DNA of 63,611 bases, the filler included, from Octopus bimaculoides (lineage: Eukaryota), in NCBI RefSeq assembly GCF_001194135.2. It is 7 parts of 6 records of this genome, joined end to end, with 100 filler letters (N's around TTAATTAATTAA, not from the genome) between each part and the next. Parts side by side here need not be neighbours in the genome. Positions count along the whole stretch, not along the records: positions 47,845 to 52,017 come from NC_068986.1; positions 52,118 to 55,988 come from NC_068986.1; positions 56,089 to 61,045 come from NC_068988.1; positions 61,146 to 63,611 come from NC_069000.1; 3 more parts are not named here. One strand, written 5' to 3'. How positions within the stretch are numbered: the stretch's first letter is position 1; each line of letters begins with the position of its first letter. A program made the translations under genes and the position numbers. Of this stretch, positions 51,489-63,611 are shown piece after piece. The notes below the pieces were generated by a model. That model had not been told where the DNA came from. It saw nothing but the letters and a program-made list of their open reading frames with translations, and did no database searches.

Positions 51489-51928
51489 TGGGAAAGATGA
51501 ATGGGTAAGAGGGAGATGAGAGGGTGAGAGAGGTAGACAAAAATAAGTCAACGAAAAGAAAGCAGATTGCTAAAACCTGTCTGGGAACAGCATTACAAGG
51601 AGTAGCAGTCTCTCGATAGCAACCAGCAACATGCATGCAACATCGATGTTAGTGGCAACGAGGCCTATAACCTTTACAGTTGGTAGAACAGCACTACAGC
51701 TTTCGCTGGTGTTGTTGTTCTTAAAGATGATGATAATGATAATCTTCCTCATCATCATCACCATCATCGCCATCGGGATCATCTCCCTCCTCCTCATCAT
51801 ATATACGGAGCAAAGATTCTGACTAATTCAGTTGGTAGCACTTACTAGACTAGTTGTGTTTTTTAATTATGTCTAAATTATCGGAGTGAACTCTAGAATA
51901 TGTTATGTATACATGTATACATACATAT

Positions 51929-51972
<44 letters not shown>

Positions 51973-52017
51973 TTATGTGTGTGTGTGTGTGTGTGTGTAT
52001 TTGTATATATATATATA

Positions 52018-52117
52018 NNNNNNNNNNNNNNNNNNNNNNNNNNNNNNNNNNNNNNNNNNNNTTAATTAATTAANNNNNNNNNNNNNNNNNNNNNNNNNNN
52101 NNNNNNNNNNNNNNNNN
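52018..52117. other. Assembly join marker
   Basis: 44 N + TTAATTAATTAA + 44 N. Confidence 0.92.
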
Positions 52118-52600
52118 TTATTATTAATAGATGCTATTATGGTAACTAAGTTGCATGTCAGGCTGTGGCCTATTCTTATTTTGTTCTTAAATATTCCTGC
52201 GTATTTATTGTTTACATTGAGGTGTTTATCTATTATGTTCACTAGTGAGCGGACTATGTTGGATTTGAGGCTCATGTTATAGGGAATGATTAGCCAGATC
52301 GTATCCTTATTGTTCTTGCTGCTATTATGGTCATATCTGGTATAGAAGCTGCCATCATAACTGGGAAAGCTGGTGAATTTTTCTTTATGGCTATCTAATT
52401 TATTTCTATATCTGGGTTTATTTTTGATATGCGTCTTTTCATTGTTTTCCCTGTTAGTATTGTTAGGTATTTGTGGGCCCGATATATGGTTTCTTTTAGT
52501 CTTCTGGGTTTCCCTGTAATTTATGTTCCTGTTAAAAATTTATCAAAAATACAGAATAATTACCGGACTTTAACAACTCAACGTAAGGACTTGTTGGACA
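52118..52600 (-). mobile_element. Penelope-like element fragment (post-RT linker)
   Basis: PYVELLKSG...NKDTIWLIIPYNMSLKSNIVRSLVNIIDKHL...IFKNKIRIGHSLTCNLVTIIASINN matches the PLE IIWFNPPY...IDKHF...KIF...N pattern. Confidence 0.78.
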
Positions 52601-53039
52601 AAACCAGCCAGGAAGTGCCCCAGCCTGGGCACAATCCAACACCAGACAAATATCTCATAACAGACACACACTCGCTTTGTTTATTTATTTGTTTCGTTTT
52701 TTTAATTTAGTTCTTATTATTTACACTATATAAACAAATGAAACAGTTTTTTTCCGCATAGCAATAAGCGGTCGAATCAGTCTGTAAGCAGTGCGACTTT
52801 ATTTCTCTCCAAATACTTATAATATTATTTATAACAATAGAGGTAAACCGCATATCAAATGAGCTCTCAGCAATATATCGATTCAACTGTTCGATCGTCA
52901 AACAAATATTTGCATAGGCGAGTTGTGTGCGCTAAGTGCATTAAAGTCCTTCTGGTTCCAGCGGAAATACAACTTTTATTTAGAGCTCAGGCATAATGTT
53001 TTGTGCGTAAACGAATAGATATATATCTCGTAATAATCC

Positions 53040-53362
53040 TTTCTAGTATCGTCATACGGCCTGGAATTTTGAGGTTGGGGGAGCTTGGCAATTATATTAT
53101 CGACCCCGAAACGATGAAAACCCAAGTCAAGGTCGTTAGAAATTGATCTCACAAAGTAACGACGAATGAAAGGTATTTTGTCCGGCATGCTCACGATTCT
53201 TTTCTACTCTAGACACAAGGCCCGCAATTTTGGGGGAGATGATCAGTCGATTAAATCGACCCCAGGACGGAACTGGTATTTAATTTATCGACTCTGAAAG
53301 GAAAAGCCGACCTCGGCAGAACTTGGACTCAGAACATAAATACTGACGAAATACCGCTAATC
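53040..53362 (-). mobile_element. Two tandem SINE family B copies
   Basis: Two successive reverse-complement copies, with TATCGACCCC/TATCGACTC, GACCTCGGC and CCGGCATGCT motifs. Confidence 0.75.
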
Positions 53363-53369
53363 ATCTCAC

Positions 53370-53410
<41 letters not shown>

Positions 53411-53792
53411 NNNNNNNNNNNNNNNNNNNNNNNNNNNNNNNNNNNNNNNNNNNNNNNNNNNNNNNNNNNNNNNNNNNNNNNNNNNNNNNNNNNNNNNNNN
53501 NNNNNNNNNNNNNNNNNNNNNNNNNNNNNNNNNNNNNNNNNNNNNNNNNNNNNNNNNNNNNNNNNNNNNNNNNNNNNNNNNNNNNNNNNNNNNNNNNNNN
53601 NNNNNNNNNNNNNNNNNNNNNNNNNNNNNNNNNNNNNNNNNNNNNNNNNNNNNNNNNNNNNNNNNNNNNNNNNNNNNNNNNNNNNNNNNNNNNNNNNNNN
53701 NNNNNNNNNNNNNNNNNNNNNNNNNNNNNNNNNNNNNNNNNNNNNNNNNNNNNNNNNNATATATGTGTGTGTGTATATATATATAAATATAC

Positions 53793-53935
53793 GCGCCAGG
53801 CTTCTCTCAGTTTCCATCTACCAAATTCATTCCGAAAGCTTTGGTCGCCCAAGGCTATAGTAGAAGACACTTGCCCAAGTTCAATTGGGAGCATGTGGTT
53901 GTGAAGCAAACCCCTTACTACACACCCACACATGT
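53793..53935 (-). mobile_element. SINE family A 5' half
   Basis: CAGTTTCCATCTACCAAATT...GCTTTGGTCG...GCTATAGTAGAAGACACTTGCCCAAG. Confidence 0.8.
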
Positions 53936-54125
53936 ATATCCCTACGTATGTAGTTCTGAATAGTTCGACAGTGATCTGATATTCAGACTTCATAGATTCC
54001 ATTGGACAAGGAAGCCTGTGATCAATTTCTTTCATTGTATGGCATTCTTTTGTATTATTTTATGCATTGTCTCTCCATGTCTGTCTTACAAAACGTTTAC
54101 AATTCTGAAGATGGTTCAATATTCT

Positions 54126-54460
54126 TTGAAAGCGCGTGGTTTTGTGTTTAGGGTATTCGGTTCACGACCGTAAGTGCATGAGTTCGATTCTCGACAGCAC
54201 GTCGTGTTTGTTGAGCAAGATATTTTATTTCACACTACTCCAGTCCACACAGCTGACAAAAATGAGCTGTACCTGTAATTTAAAAGAGGCCAGCCTTGTA
54301 ACATTCTGTGCCACTCTGGATCTCCATCAGAACTACGTGACGGGTACGCAAGGATGTGGAGTACTCATCTACCTGCACATTAATTTTAGCAGCAGGCTAA
54401 CCCATTGATCAGATCAGCCGGAATTTTCGTCGTCGTAGCCGAGAGGGTCTCAGTGAAAAT
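54126..54460 (+). mobile_element. tRNA-derived SINE family C
   Basis: GCGCGTGG...TAGGGTATTCGG...GAGTTCGATTCTCG head, then TTGAGCAAGA...TTTATTTCAC...CTCCAGTCCAC. Confidence 0.8.
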
Positions 54461-54846
54461 CTGCTTTATGGTAAGTTTGTCTGCAACGTATGAAAGATCA
54501 AGACAGTACCGACGTTGCATTGATGGACCTTGTATGTCCATACTCCATCGCAACTTAATATGAATACGGTTTCATATCTGTAGTAAGTCTAAGTCCTCGA
54601 GAAAAAAGCCAAGCCTTTACATCTTCGCATCCATAAAAATAAATCAGTATTCACGTATTTGTAACGAATATTCTCTTTTGTGTGTTTTCGTAAGCCGACT
54701 GACAAACCGGTGTGGCAGACTAACTACGTAGGAATTTAGATGTTAAATCATTGGATTTAGGAATTTAAATAGGAAATTTCCTTCTAACATTTCATTTCTC
54801 TCTCATGCATTTCAATGTATTTCAGCCATAAACCTTGGTAATTGTG

Positions 54847-54919
<73 letters not shown>

Positions 54920-55988
54920 CGAGGAGGAGAAAGGATTAACGTTGAGGTGGAGTGAAAGAGGAAAGAGTACAGAGCTTTAGTGAGGTGAGTAATGGTATTG
55001 TCTCGTGGAAGTTGATGAGTTTCTTCCAACAAAGTAGAACGAATGGTCATTATATTAATGCTTCATTAAACTGGAATATTTGGCGAACAGGATAAATGTG
55101 AAGAGTTGTTAGAAATTGACCGAATGTGCTATTAAAACGCCGAATTATAAAGAATATATTCTATAGCGTTGTTAAAGATGGTTAAGTTTTATGTTCGAAT
55201 CGAAATCTGCAATTTTATTTCCTCTTTACAAAGAATGCCAAATTTGTCATTATTACAGTGTAGTAGCGTGAACTAAGCACCATGAACATTAATTCTATGA
55301 CCCGGTTTCAATTCCTTATTCCACTTCGCCGACACAAACTAATGAACTTCAGAAATGGTTAATCGCACATATATACTAGCAATTCTGTGTGTGTTTATTT
55401 TTCTAATTATAAACACAAAATCAGAATATTATTTGAGGAGAACAGCACCAGTAACTTAATTACTAGTTTCAATTACATATCTCTATTCATAGTTCATTCC
55501 TCAGGTATCATCTTTTTCAAACCCTTGATCACTTGCTTTCCAAATTCAATTATGTTTTCTTTTGTGTATAGGTGAGACTACAAAAATCTGTAATATGATG
55601 GTGATTTAACTGCCATTTCTAGCTGGTTGTGGAGATAAAGATTTCTATTTTGTCATGCTAATATTGCCATATTCAATAGACATGTATATCAGAAGAATTC
55701 AATCGATTATCACCTTCAGGTAAATATAAACAGCGTTTCAGATATCGACAGCTTACATCAATAATATTAGCTGTATAAGTAAACATAGAAGATAAAGGCA
55801 TTCCAAAACCGGTTTCAAATCTGTGCCAAGCATGACTGATTCAGCCTTATTTCTCGTTCATAACTATTCTGCCATTGTTCCTCTGAGAAATATACGTTGC
55901 TTGCAGAAGATATAGATATTTCTTGTATTCCCCACACACATGTATGCACACACAGACACGCACACACACACACACACACAGACACACA

Positions 55989-56088
55989 NNNNNNNNNNNN
56001 NNNNNNNNNNNNNNNNNNNNNNNNNNNNNNNNTTAATTAATTAANNNNNNNNNNNNNNNNNNNNNNNNNNNNNNNNNNNNNNNNNNNN
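55989..56088. other. Assembly join marker
   Basis: 44 N + TTAATTAATTAA + 44 N. Confidence 0.92.
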
Positions 56089-57494
56089 TACGTCCTCTAT
56101 TTCTTGGTTTGATTACGAAAAAAAAAAAACCCCAAAAAACCTCAACCAGTCTAAGACGCTGGTTTAGCGGACGCGTTAGTACGTTGGAGAACATGCATTG
56201 GATTTTCCCCCCATTTCTTTACGCTTCGAGATCGTTTGCTACAACACAAGTGTGAAGCTGTATGGGTGCTTCTTTTTCCAGTGAGTCATATCGGTGGTGT
56301 GGAGCGGGAAAACTTGCCGAATGAGGGAGGAGTTGCTAGTTCTCCATAAATAAAAGTAGGGACATAGTCATCTCTGTCAGTCAAACACGCAAACACCCAT
56401 ATTTATTTATTTTATTTATTTATTTTAAATGGGGTACCTCGTGATGATTACTCTTAGGTTTTCTTGAGGATGCGAAGTTTGACGATTCCGTTTCGGAAAT
56501 CTCAGAACGGATTATGCTGTTTCATATCCTATCTTTGAGGTTAGATTCAGAATTTGTTATATGTGGGTAGTGGCTGTTCGCAGTTTTGATCGCAATATTT
56601 GACTAGAGCTTCACATTCAAGATCGGCAATTTTCGTTTATTACTTCAGTTAAATTATTCTGACTATTCGTAGGTGCATCGTTTTTGTCTCTAGACGTATC
56701 AGGACATTTTATTAATTTTATTCTCTGAACCGCCACTTAATAGTTTCATTGGTTGTAAGTCTTATCTGTGATTATATTAGTATCATCTTTTCCACGTTTA
56801 TTTACAATGCTGCTATGTTTAGACGGTTTAGTTCACGAGTCATGTGGTTTATAAATGCTTTGTATGCTTGTGTATAATAGTTAAAAGTCAGAGTTGTTTG
56901 TATTTGAAGAAGTAATAAACTGAATCTTTTACCTAAATTCACTTTTCAACAGAGCACCATTATAGTATTCTGAGCTATTGAATACTTCTATTAGAGAAAA
57001 GTGTGGATATTCTAAAGAAAATGTTTCTCATATGATTACGTATTAAGAATTTTGGATGATTATAATTTTTGTGAACGTAGTTATAATTTTCGTTGGGTTT
57101 ATGGAAAACAAAAAAAAAAAAACCTGGGACACTGTTCAAAGATGATGTCAAGGAGATTAACAGGTTATAGTTTTCGAAGAGGGATGATAATCTTTAACGG
57201 AGTCTCTCAAGTTTAAAGATAATAAAACGCCCTGATACACCTAGAGGACAAAACTGATGCATCTTTCAGTTGTAATTTAATCAAAGTAACAAACGAATAT
57301 GGCTAATCTATTAATCTTGAGTGTGAACGCTTAAACAAACATTCAGATAAAAAACTTTGATAACAGCAAACATATGTACGAAAATCTAGAAATACAGATG
57401 AAACGAACTGCTATGACACAGCCAGTACAAATTTTAAATCTAACCCATGGAGTAGGATACTAAATAACATAATCCGTTTTGACATTTCTAAAAC

Positions 57495-57535
<41 letters not shown>

Positions 57536-59417
57536 TGAGAATCTTCTACAACACGAATAAAATGAGACTACTAGCAATAAGTGATAAAATTACTGCTGTT
57601 AACTCGGTTGTAATTTCGAGTGCTGCTTTCTTCGCCAGCCATTGCAGCACTCATTGATTCAGCCAGTTCAATAGCTATTCAAATCCAACATTGCCGTTGT
57701 CAACATTCGCTTTCGCTAACGTCGGATCTTGAAAACTATTTTGCCGTATTCAGTCTGAGTTCGATTCTTCGAACTTACATGGGTGGTCGTAAGAAAGATA
57801 CTAGACTCCCGACTGCATCACTTACAGTAGATCACACAAAACATTCATCATGAAAAGGCACGGCCGGCAGAGGGAACATGTATTAGAAAAATTATGTAAT
57901 TAAACTACGTACATTAAATCTTTCGCTGTAGAAACTGAAGCAGATGTAAATGCTTCTCATCATTCTCTTCGTAAACAGAAAAATAAAAGAGATTTCCATG
58001 ACATATTTTACGGTTTGTTGACCGTTCATTTGAGGACAAATACATTCCCGTCATTCTTCTATCCACGAAGAACTGTTGTTTATAAATATTATTTAATTAT
58101 GCCGCCAACAGACGCATACATTAGCCTACCCATTGCGACTTAGTTTAAGTTTGTGCTTGATTTAAATAGCGATTGCTATGAAGCTCTCTTCTTCGGCAGA
58201 AGAACGAGAGTGTACTTGTCCTCTGGTGAGGGATGAATTGTAGAAAAATGTAACGTCTTAAAATGTTTTGAAGAAAATAGTGTCAAATGTTATGAAAATT
58301 CTTGTTTAACATTGTCACTTAGTCCTTTAGTAGAACCTTTAGAAGAGTTTACTCTGTTGTAAGCGTTCAGACCAGACCAGACTCCCTAGTCAACTCCCCT
58401 GTCAACGTTTTCCTTTTAGACATTGAGCTGGAGTATGTTTAAACAAGACCTCAGTTACATCATTCTCATCACTTTGGAAGGGTAGCTTGCAAAGGATATG
58501 AACTCTGGCCCTCCTTTTCTGTCTAATGTATTTATAAAAAGGTTGAAAGCTGATGAATGAAATCGTTCAGATAGTCATGAAGCTTTCAGCTATCAGCCTA
58601 AATATAATAAAAGAATAAAACCGGAACTTAACCATACAAAGAAGGCATTTTTTAACAGTCCTTTGATCTGTTAGAAATAGCAGTCAAGTTCAGGCATGGT
58701 GGTGTTATCAGTCAAGCCTGCTCGACATGCGCGCAGAGCGACGAAACCGTCCTACATGCTCTCGTTTAGAGCCCGAGCATTGTTAATTTGTCAAGATGTG
58801 TGAAACAGCTACTATAGTGTATAGCTGCCCTCCTTCGGCTGCGAAGGGCAGGCAGTTTTCCTCTTTCTGGTGGCTTTGGTGAAAGAAGTTCTGTGGTTGA
58901 CAAAACTGAAAGTACTAAAGGCTGGCATTTTCCTGACGTTTCCCAGTAAATTTGCTGACGATGAGTGACGTTCCAAGGATGACTCGAGTGAGTGCGCCTA
59001 CTCTTAGCTTGCTCCTACCTGTTACTGTTACGGATAAGACGACCAATAGTTTCTTTTAGTACGTGAACATTGCGTTCAATCTATCGCGTCCCTGGAAGTC
59101 AGTTTGTCTTTCATGTGTGCGTTCTTGCTTGGCTTTTCTTTGTCTAACGGACAATTTTGCATCTTTAATAATTCATTTCTTTCAGTAATTAGACTGCAGC
59201 CATGCTGGAGCAGCGCCTCGAAAAATTTTTAGCCGAATGAATCAACCCCAGTGTTTATTATTTTGTTAAGCCAGGTACTTATTATATCGTTTTCTTTTGC
59301 CGAATTGCTAAGTTACGGAGACGTAAATACACCAACACCGGTGTCAAGCAGTGGTGGTGGACAAACACAGACACAAATATACAAAGTCATAACACACACA
59401 CACATACACACACACGC

Positions 59418-59456
<39 letters not shown>

Positions 59457-59477
59457 AAAAATAAAGACTCACTTCAG

Positions 59478-59885
59478 TTATGAATGACCATGGGATTGCA
59501 CCTAGAAAGTTCCCCTCCAAGGTACAAGTCCGGGCAAGGTTGTTTATGGAAGCCCAGCAGTCGNNNNNNNNNNNNNNNNNNNNNNNNNNNNNNNNNNNNN
59601 NNNNNNNNNNNNNNNNNNNNNNNNNNNNNNNNNNNNNNNNNNNNNNNNNNNNNNNNNNNNNNNNNNNNNNNNNNNNNNNNNNNNNNNNNNNNNNNNNNNN
59701 NNNNNNNNNNNTCCAAGGGAAAGGCAAAGGCCGATACAGTTTGGCATCAGTGATGTCGCAACTCACTTCTACAGCTGAGTGAACTGGAGCAACTTGAAAT
59801 AAAGTATCTTGCTCAAGAACAGAAAACATAACACACTGCCCGGTTCGGGAATCGAACTCGCTATCTCATGATTGTGAGGTTGTAA
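59478..59885 (-). mobile_element. SINE family C variant (148-bp gap inside)
   Basis: GACCATGGGATTGCACCTAGAAAGTT...TCCAAGGGAAAGGCAAAGG...GGAGCAACTTGAAATAAAG...GGGAATCGAACTC. Confidence 0.85.
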
Positions 59886-59905
59886 GTTCGATATATATGA
59901 CGGGG

Positions 59906-60120
59906 AAGACGGCGAGCTGGCAGAATTGTTAGCACGCTGGACGAAATGCTTAGTAGTATTTCACCGGTCGCTACGTTCTACGTTCAAATTCCGCCGAGGT
60001 CGACTTTACCTTTCATCCTTTCAGTTTCGATAAGTTAAGTACCAGTTGAGTACTGGGGTCGATCTAATCGACTATTCCCCTCCCCCAACTTTCAGGCCTT
60101 GTGCCTATAACAGAAAAGAT
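59906..60120 (+). mobile_element. SINE family B with apparent target-site duplication
   Basis: Well-preserved copy flanked by ATATATATGACGGG (59891) and ATATATACGACGAG (60121). Confidence 0.88.
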
Positions 60121-60569
60121 ATATATACGACGAGCTTCTTTCAGTTTCTGTCTACCAAATCCACACAAAAGACGTTGGTCGGCCCCAGGCTTTAGTAGAA
60201 GACACTTGCCCAAGGTGTCACGTTGTTGGACTAAATCCGGAACGATGCTTCTTTCCACACAGCCAAACCGATTTTTATAATATAGCTTTTATCTAAGTAA
60301 AACAATTCTCGAGTTCTTTTCTTCTTCGCTGGAATCTTGTCGGTTATATTTTATTAGTCTGGTACTGAAAACCCCAAATACAATGACAGTTATAGTGACA
60401 AGAGTTACCACTGAGGGGTGCATCCCTAGTGGAAAATTTTCTTGTTACCAATTTTCTTCGACTAACACTTCCTGCAATTTTCTGGCTTGGTATCAACTTC
60501 TAAATAATTATTCACTAATAATACATTATTACATTATTATAACATATCGTTTCAGTTTTCTCTCCAACA

Positions 60570-61045
60570 TCCCCCCTTTTCTATCTCTCTTCCCTTCTCT
60601 CCCTCCCTCTCTTTCCATCTTTCTCTGTCCCTCCCTCCTTTCCTCCTCTTTCTCATTCTCACTCTCACTCTGTCTATCTATCTGCATGTCTATCTGTATG
60701 TCTATCTGTCTATCTGTCTGTCTCTCTGTCTCTCTCTCTCTCCCTCCCTCTCTGTCAGTTTGTGTATCCCTCTCCCTGCGTTTGCCTGTCCCTCTCTTTA
60801 TGTCTCACTCTCCCTCTCTCCCTTTCTCTGTCTGTTCGTCTGTCTGTCCCTCTCTGTCACCCTCCCTCCCTCTCTCTTTCACTCCCTCATTTTATCTCTC
60901 TCCGTCTCCATCTCTGTCTTTCCCGCTTTCTCTCTCTTTCTCCGTCTCTCTCTTTCTCCGTCTCTCTCTTTCTCCGTCTCTCTCTTTCTCCGTCTCTCTC
61001 TTTCTCCGTCTCTCTCTTTCTCCGTCTCTCTCTTTCTCCGTCTCT
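60570..61045. repeat. Polypyrimidine low-complexity tract ending in a 16-bp minisatellite (TTCTCCGTCTCTCTCT)n
   Basis: About 7 copies at 60930-61045; CCG positions are spaced 16 bp apart. Confidence 0.9.
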
Positions 61046-61145
61046 NNNNNNNNNNNNNNNNNNNNNNNNNNNNNNNNNNNNNNNNNNNNTTAATTAATTA
61101 ANNNNNNNNNNNNNNNNNNNNNNNNNNNNNNNNNNNNNNNNNNNN
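61046..61145. other. Assembly join marker
   Basis: 44 N + TTAATTAATTAA + 44 N. Confidence 0.92.
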
Positions 61146-61178
<33 letters not shown>

Positions 61179-61319
61179 AGTTCATGTATGTTGGATGTGT
61201 GTGCGTGGATGTATTTAGAATTACTTACAATTACCATCTTAAGTTATGCTTGCGAATGCATTTAAATTTTAACCGTTCATACATACATATATTCATGAAT
61301 ACATACACGCATACATAAA

Positions 61320-61352
<33 letters not shown>

Positions 61353-62952
61353 GCATACATACACAGAAACATGCATCATATATTTGTACATGCATGTATG
61401 AGGTTATCGTACGTTCCGATTTAACTAGCACTGTCATGCTATAGCAATGTTATCCTGTTGTCATGGCAATTTGAGATTCTACCTTGGATTTTCGGAAATC
61501 TCAAAGATCTTTTTTTTTATTTTCTAATTTCCACTCCGGTTTAAGAAGAAAGGCTTAAGCCGTTGATATTAGTCTTTAAGTAGCGTGTTATGAAAGAAAC
61601 TCTTTTAAAGTTTGTAAAAAATATGAGCGCTGAGTGGGTATTGGTAGCTTTTCTAATTCTGAAGTCATAGTGCACATACGCGGATACTACTGGCATATTT
61701 TAAATTCTTGGTTTATTTTTACATTTACTCATTTATCAAATATTTATTTATTTTTGCTAATCTAAAAATAACATGTAAATTTACTCAAAATACTTTAGAA
61801 GTATTATTTTGTAACAAGGAAAAGAAAGAAAAGGAAAGAAAATTTTTTGGAGACGGAGTAAAAATGTGATCATGGAAGTTCCCTGCGACACAATGAGGCA
61901 AATTGACTGTTAAAAACCATTTTCAATTATGAAGACACACGGCAAGTATTTTTCACCGTTATCATCCAGACTCAGCCAAGCCACCCTGGCTCTGGACGTT
62001 AGAGCCGAAGCCGATATATACCCAATCGACACAATGGCGGCTAAATGTGTAGCTTTACGTAGGGTTTCTCATAATATATGTGTGTATATGTTTGTGTTGT
62101 GTGTGCACGCGCGAATGCGTAGAAATTTTTATCCGCGTGTGTGTGTATGTGTATCTGTGATTAATGAGTATTGGTGATTGTTTGTCATCTTTTATTTGTC
62201 ATTTGTTGATGTTATTCCGCCGAGATGGATTTTGCCTTTCATCTTTTCTGGGACGAAAATTTAATTACCAGTCAGGTCTTTATAAGGGTGGGGTTTAATA
62301 ATGGATAACTGATGATTGTGCATTAGATAACTGATGATTGTGGGTATCATTAGACTAAGTGTCGTACGTCTTGCAGTTTTACGACATGAATTCAAATACT
62401 AATGAAGTTTCACTTAAGCCTCTATCCATCCTTTCAGTGACAGACTTAAGAATACGTCCCAGTAATAAATGCGATGAAGATTCATTTGACTATTCTCTTT
62501 CACCTACAGATATGTATTAGCTTACTCCGTTTTCCAAAAAAGAAAGTCATGGCCTAGCTAGAAACACGTAGGATCTTTCAGTCATACTATTCAATAACTG
62601 TTGTTATTGATCTTCTTATTTAGCCCCAGGTCACCTCTCATCCAGAACACTCGTAATCAAAAATCTTTCAGCCATGATCATCCCCATTCATTCCGACATG
62701 GCGTATATAATTAACACAATATGAAATATGGTTCTCCTTATGAAAAATAAATAAATAAAATACATAGATAAAATACTTTATTTGAATGATTCGTGCATGC
62801 CATGTCTTGCAAGTCGATGTTCCTTCATTCCTTTATATTTTCTATCTTTTAAGAAAAAGTTAGTAATATATGCGCACGCGTGTGTATATACGTGTTACAT
62901 ACATATATATATGTATGTATAATAAAAATTCGTTCTCTTTCCTTCACACACA

Positions 62953-63014
<62 letters not shown>

Positions 63015-63099
63015 TGTATATCTATGGAATTTCTATGGATTTAAGCACTTTATTCATTTGGCATTTGTACAGGGAATCCTTGTTTGTTTTGCCGTCTGT

Positions 63100-63375
63100 G
63101 GTGATCTTTGTTACCTCACTGGTGACATACTAATACTGAAGTAGATGTATATAACTTTCTTCCTGAACCTATCTATGGCGTGGTCAATCATATAACTTGA
63201 AATTGCCAAGCCATCCTACCTATACAGTGACAAACTGTGTGAGATGATGTTTTTAATGGTATCCAAGATAAACAACTCAACGAGATCATTGACCTCAGCC
63301 CCATCTTCCCATGGTTAGTCGAACAATTAGTCTCTTTCTTTGTTTACTCAGTAGGGGACATCGTGCAACATGAGT
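63100..63375 (-). mobile_element. Penelope-like element RT core fragment (decayed)
   Basis: TMG/EDGAEVNDLVELFIL...SLYR*DGLAIS...DRFRKK matches PLE RT MGxxDGAExxxLVGL...LYRDDGL; the catalytic YxDD is broken by a stop. Confidence 0.8.
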
Positions 63376-63611
63376 GACTTCCTAACGCACTGAATGATTC
63401 TGAGCTTTCAGAGTAGATTTTAATACCGAAGGGTAGAAATCCTGATCTCAAACTAGGTGAATTTATTCTCCTTTCTTCTGGTTAATATTCAGAATATAAA
63501 TTTATGTATCTATAATCCAGAACATACACACACATTATGTACTGAATATATGTACTGAATATCATAATATGCTTTATATATGTGTATGTGTGTGTATATA
63601 TTTATATATAT

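Larger units (their letters stand above)
59170..60265 (-). mobile_element. SINE family A split by two nested SINEs
   Basis: Family A tail at 59170-59390 and head half at 60121-60265 flank the family C and B copies. Confidence 0.75.

Noticed and set aside
57618-57652. 9-bp stem GAGTGCTGC/GCAGCACTC as a pre-miRNA
   Set aside because: The stem is far too short for a miRNA precursor and does not extend.
58540-58600. CTGATGA followed by GAAA
   Set aside because: Only 2 nt lie between the motifs, so there is no stem II and no valid stem III. It is a simple TGAAAGCT/AGCTTTCA inverted repeat.
62324-62362. GATAACTGATGATTGTG direct repeat sharing GATAACTGATGA with the hammerhead candidate
   Set aside because: No downstream GAAA or stem III; a short local duplication.
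46490-63375. A single intron-containing or domesticated Penelope gene spanning three collinear fragments
   Set aside because: Two fragments cover the same region, all carry stops or frameshifts including the RT YxDD, and several assembly joins separate them.

Overview
This is repeat-rich, AT-rich eukaryotic genomic DNA from a fragmented assembly, most likely an octopus/coleoid cephalopod (inferred from the SINE repertoire and microsatellite load, not from a search). About 6 kb is N: twelve sized gaps plus six identical 100-bp join markers (44 N + TTAATTAATTAA + 44 N). I cannot confidently identify any intact host gene, RNA gene or CRISPR array, and nearly all ORFs in the track are microsatellite or gap artefacts. 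Supported content: (1) about 25 SINE copies from at least four locally labelled families (A-D); (2) decayed non-LTR retrotransposon fragments (two R4/Dong-like beside (TAA)n, RTE-like, CR1/L2-like); (3) three Penelope-like element (PLE) protein fragments; (4) DNA transposon relics, including a maT/DD37D-like copy and a contiguous 3-kb pogo/Tc2-like + mariner + hAT (Buster/Charlie, GTF2IRD2-like) composite at 21.0-24.0 kb. The best leads are a type I hammerhead ribozyme candidate with an intact core at 34619-34693, a CpG-depleted domain at about 21.6-33.4 kb that may be a methylated gene body with unidentified exons, an array of CTATATAG palindromes at 21461-21625, and a head-to-head mariner/hAT fusion. 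No new multi-gene system is evident.
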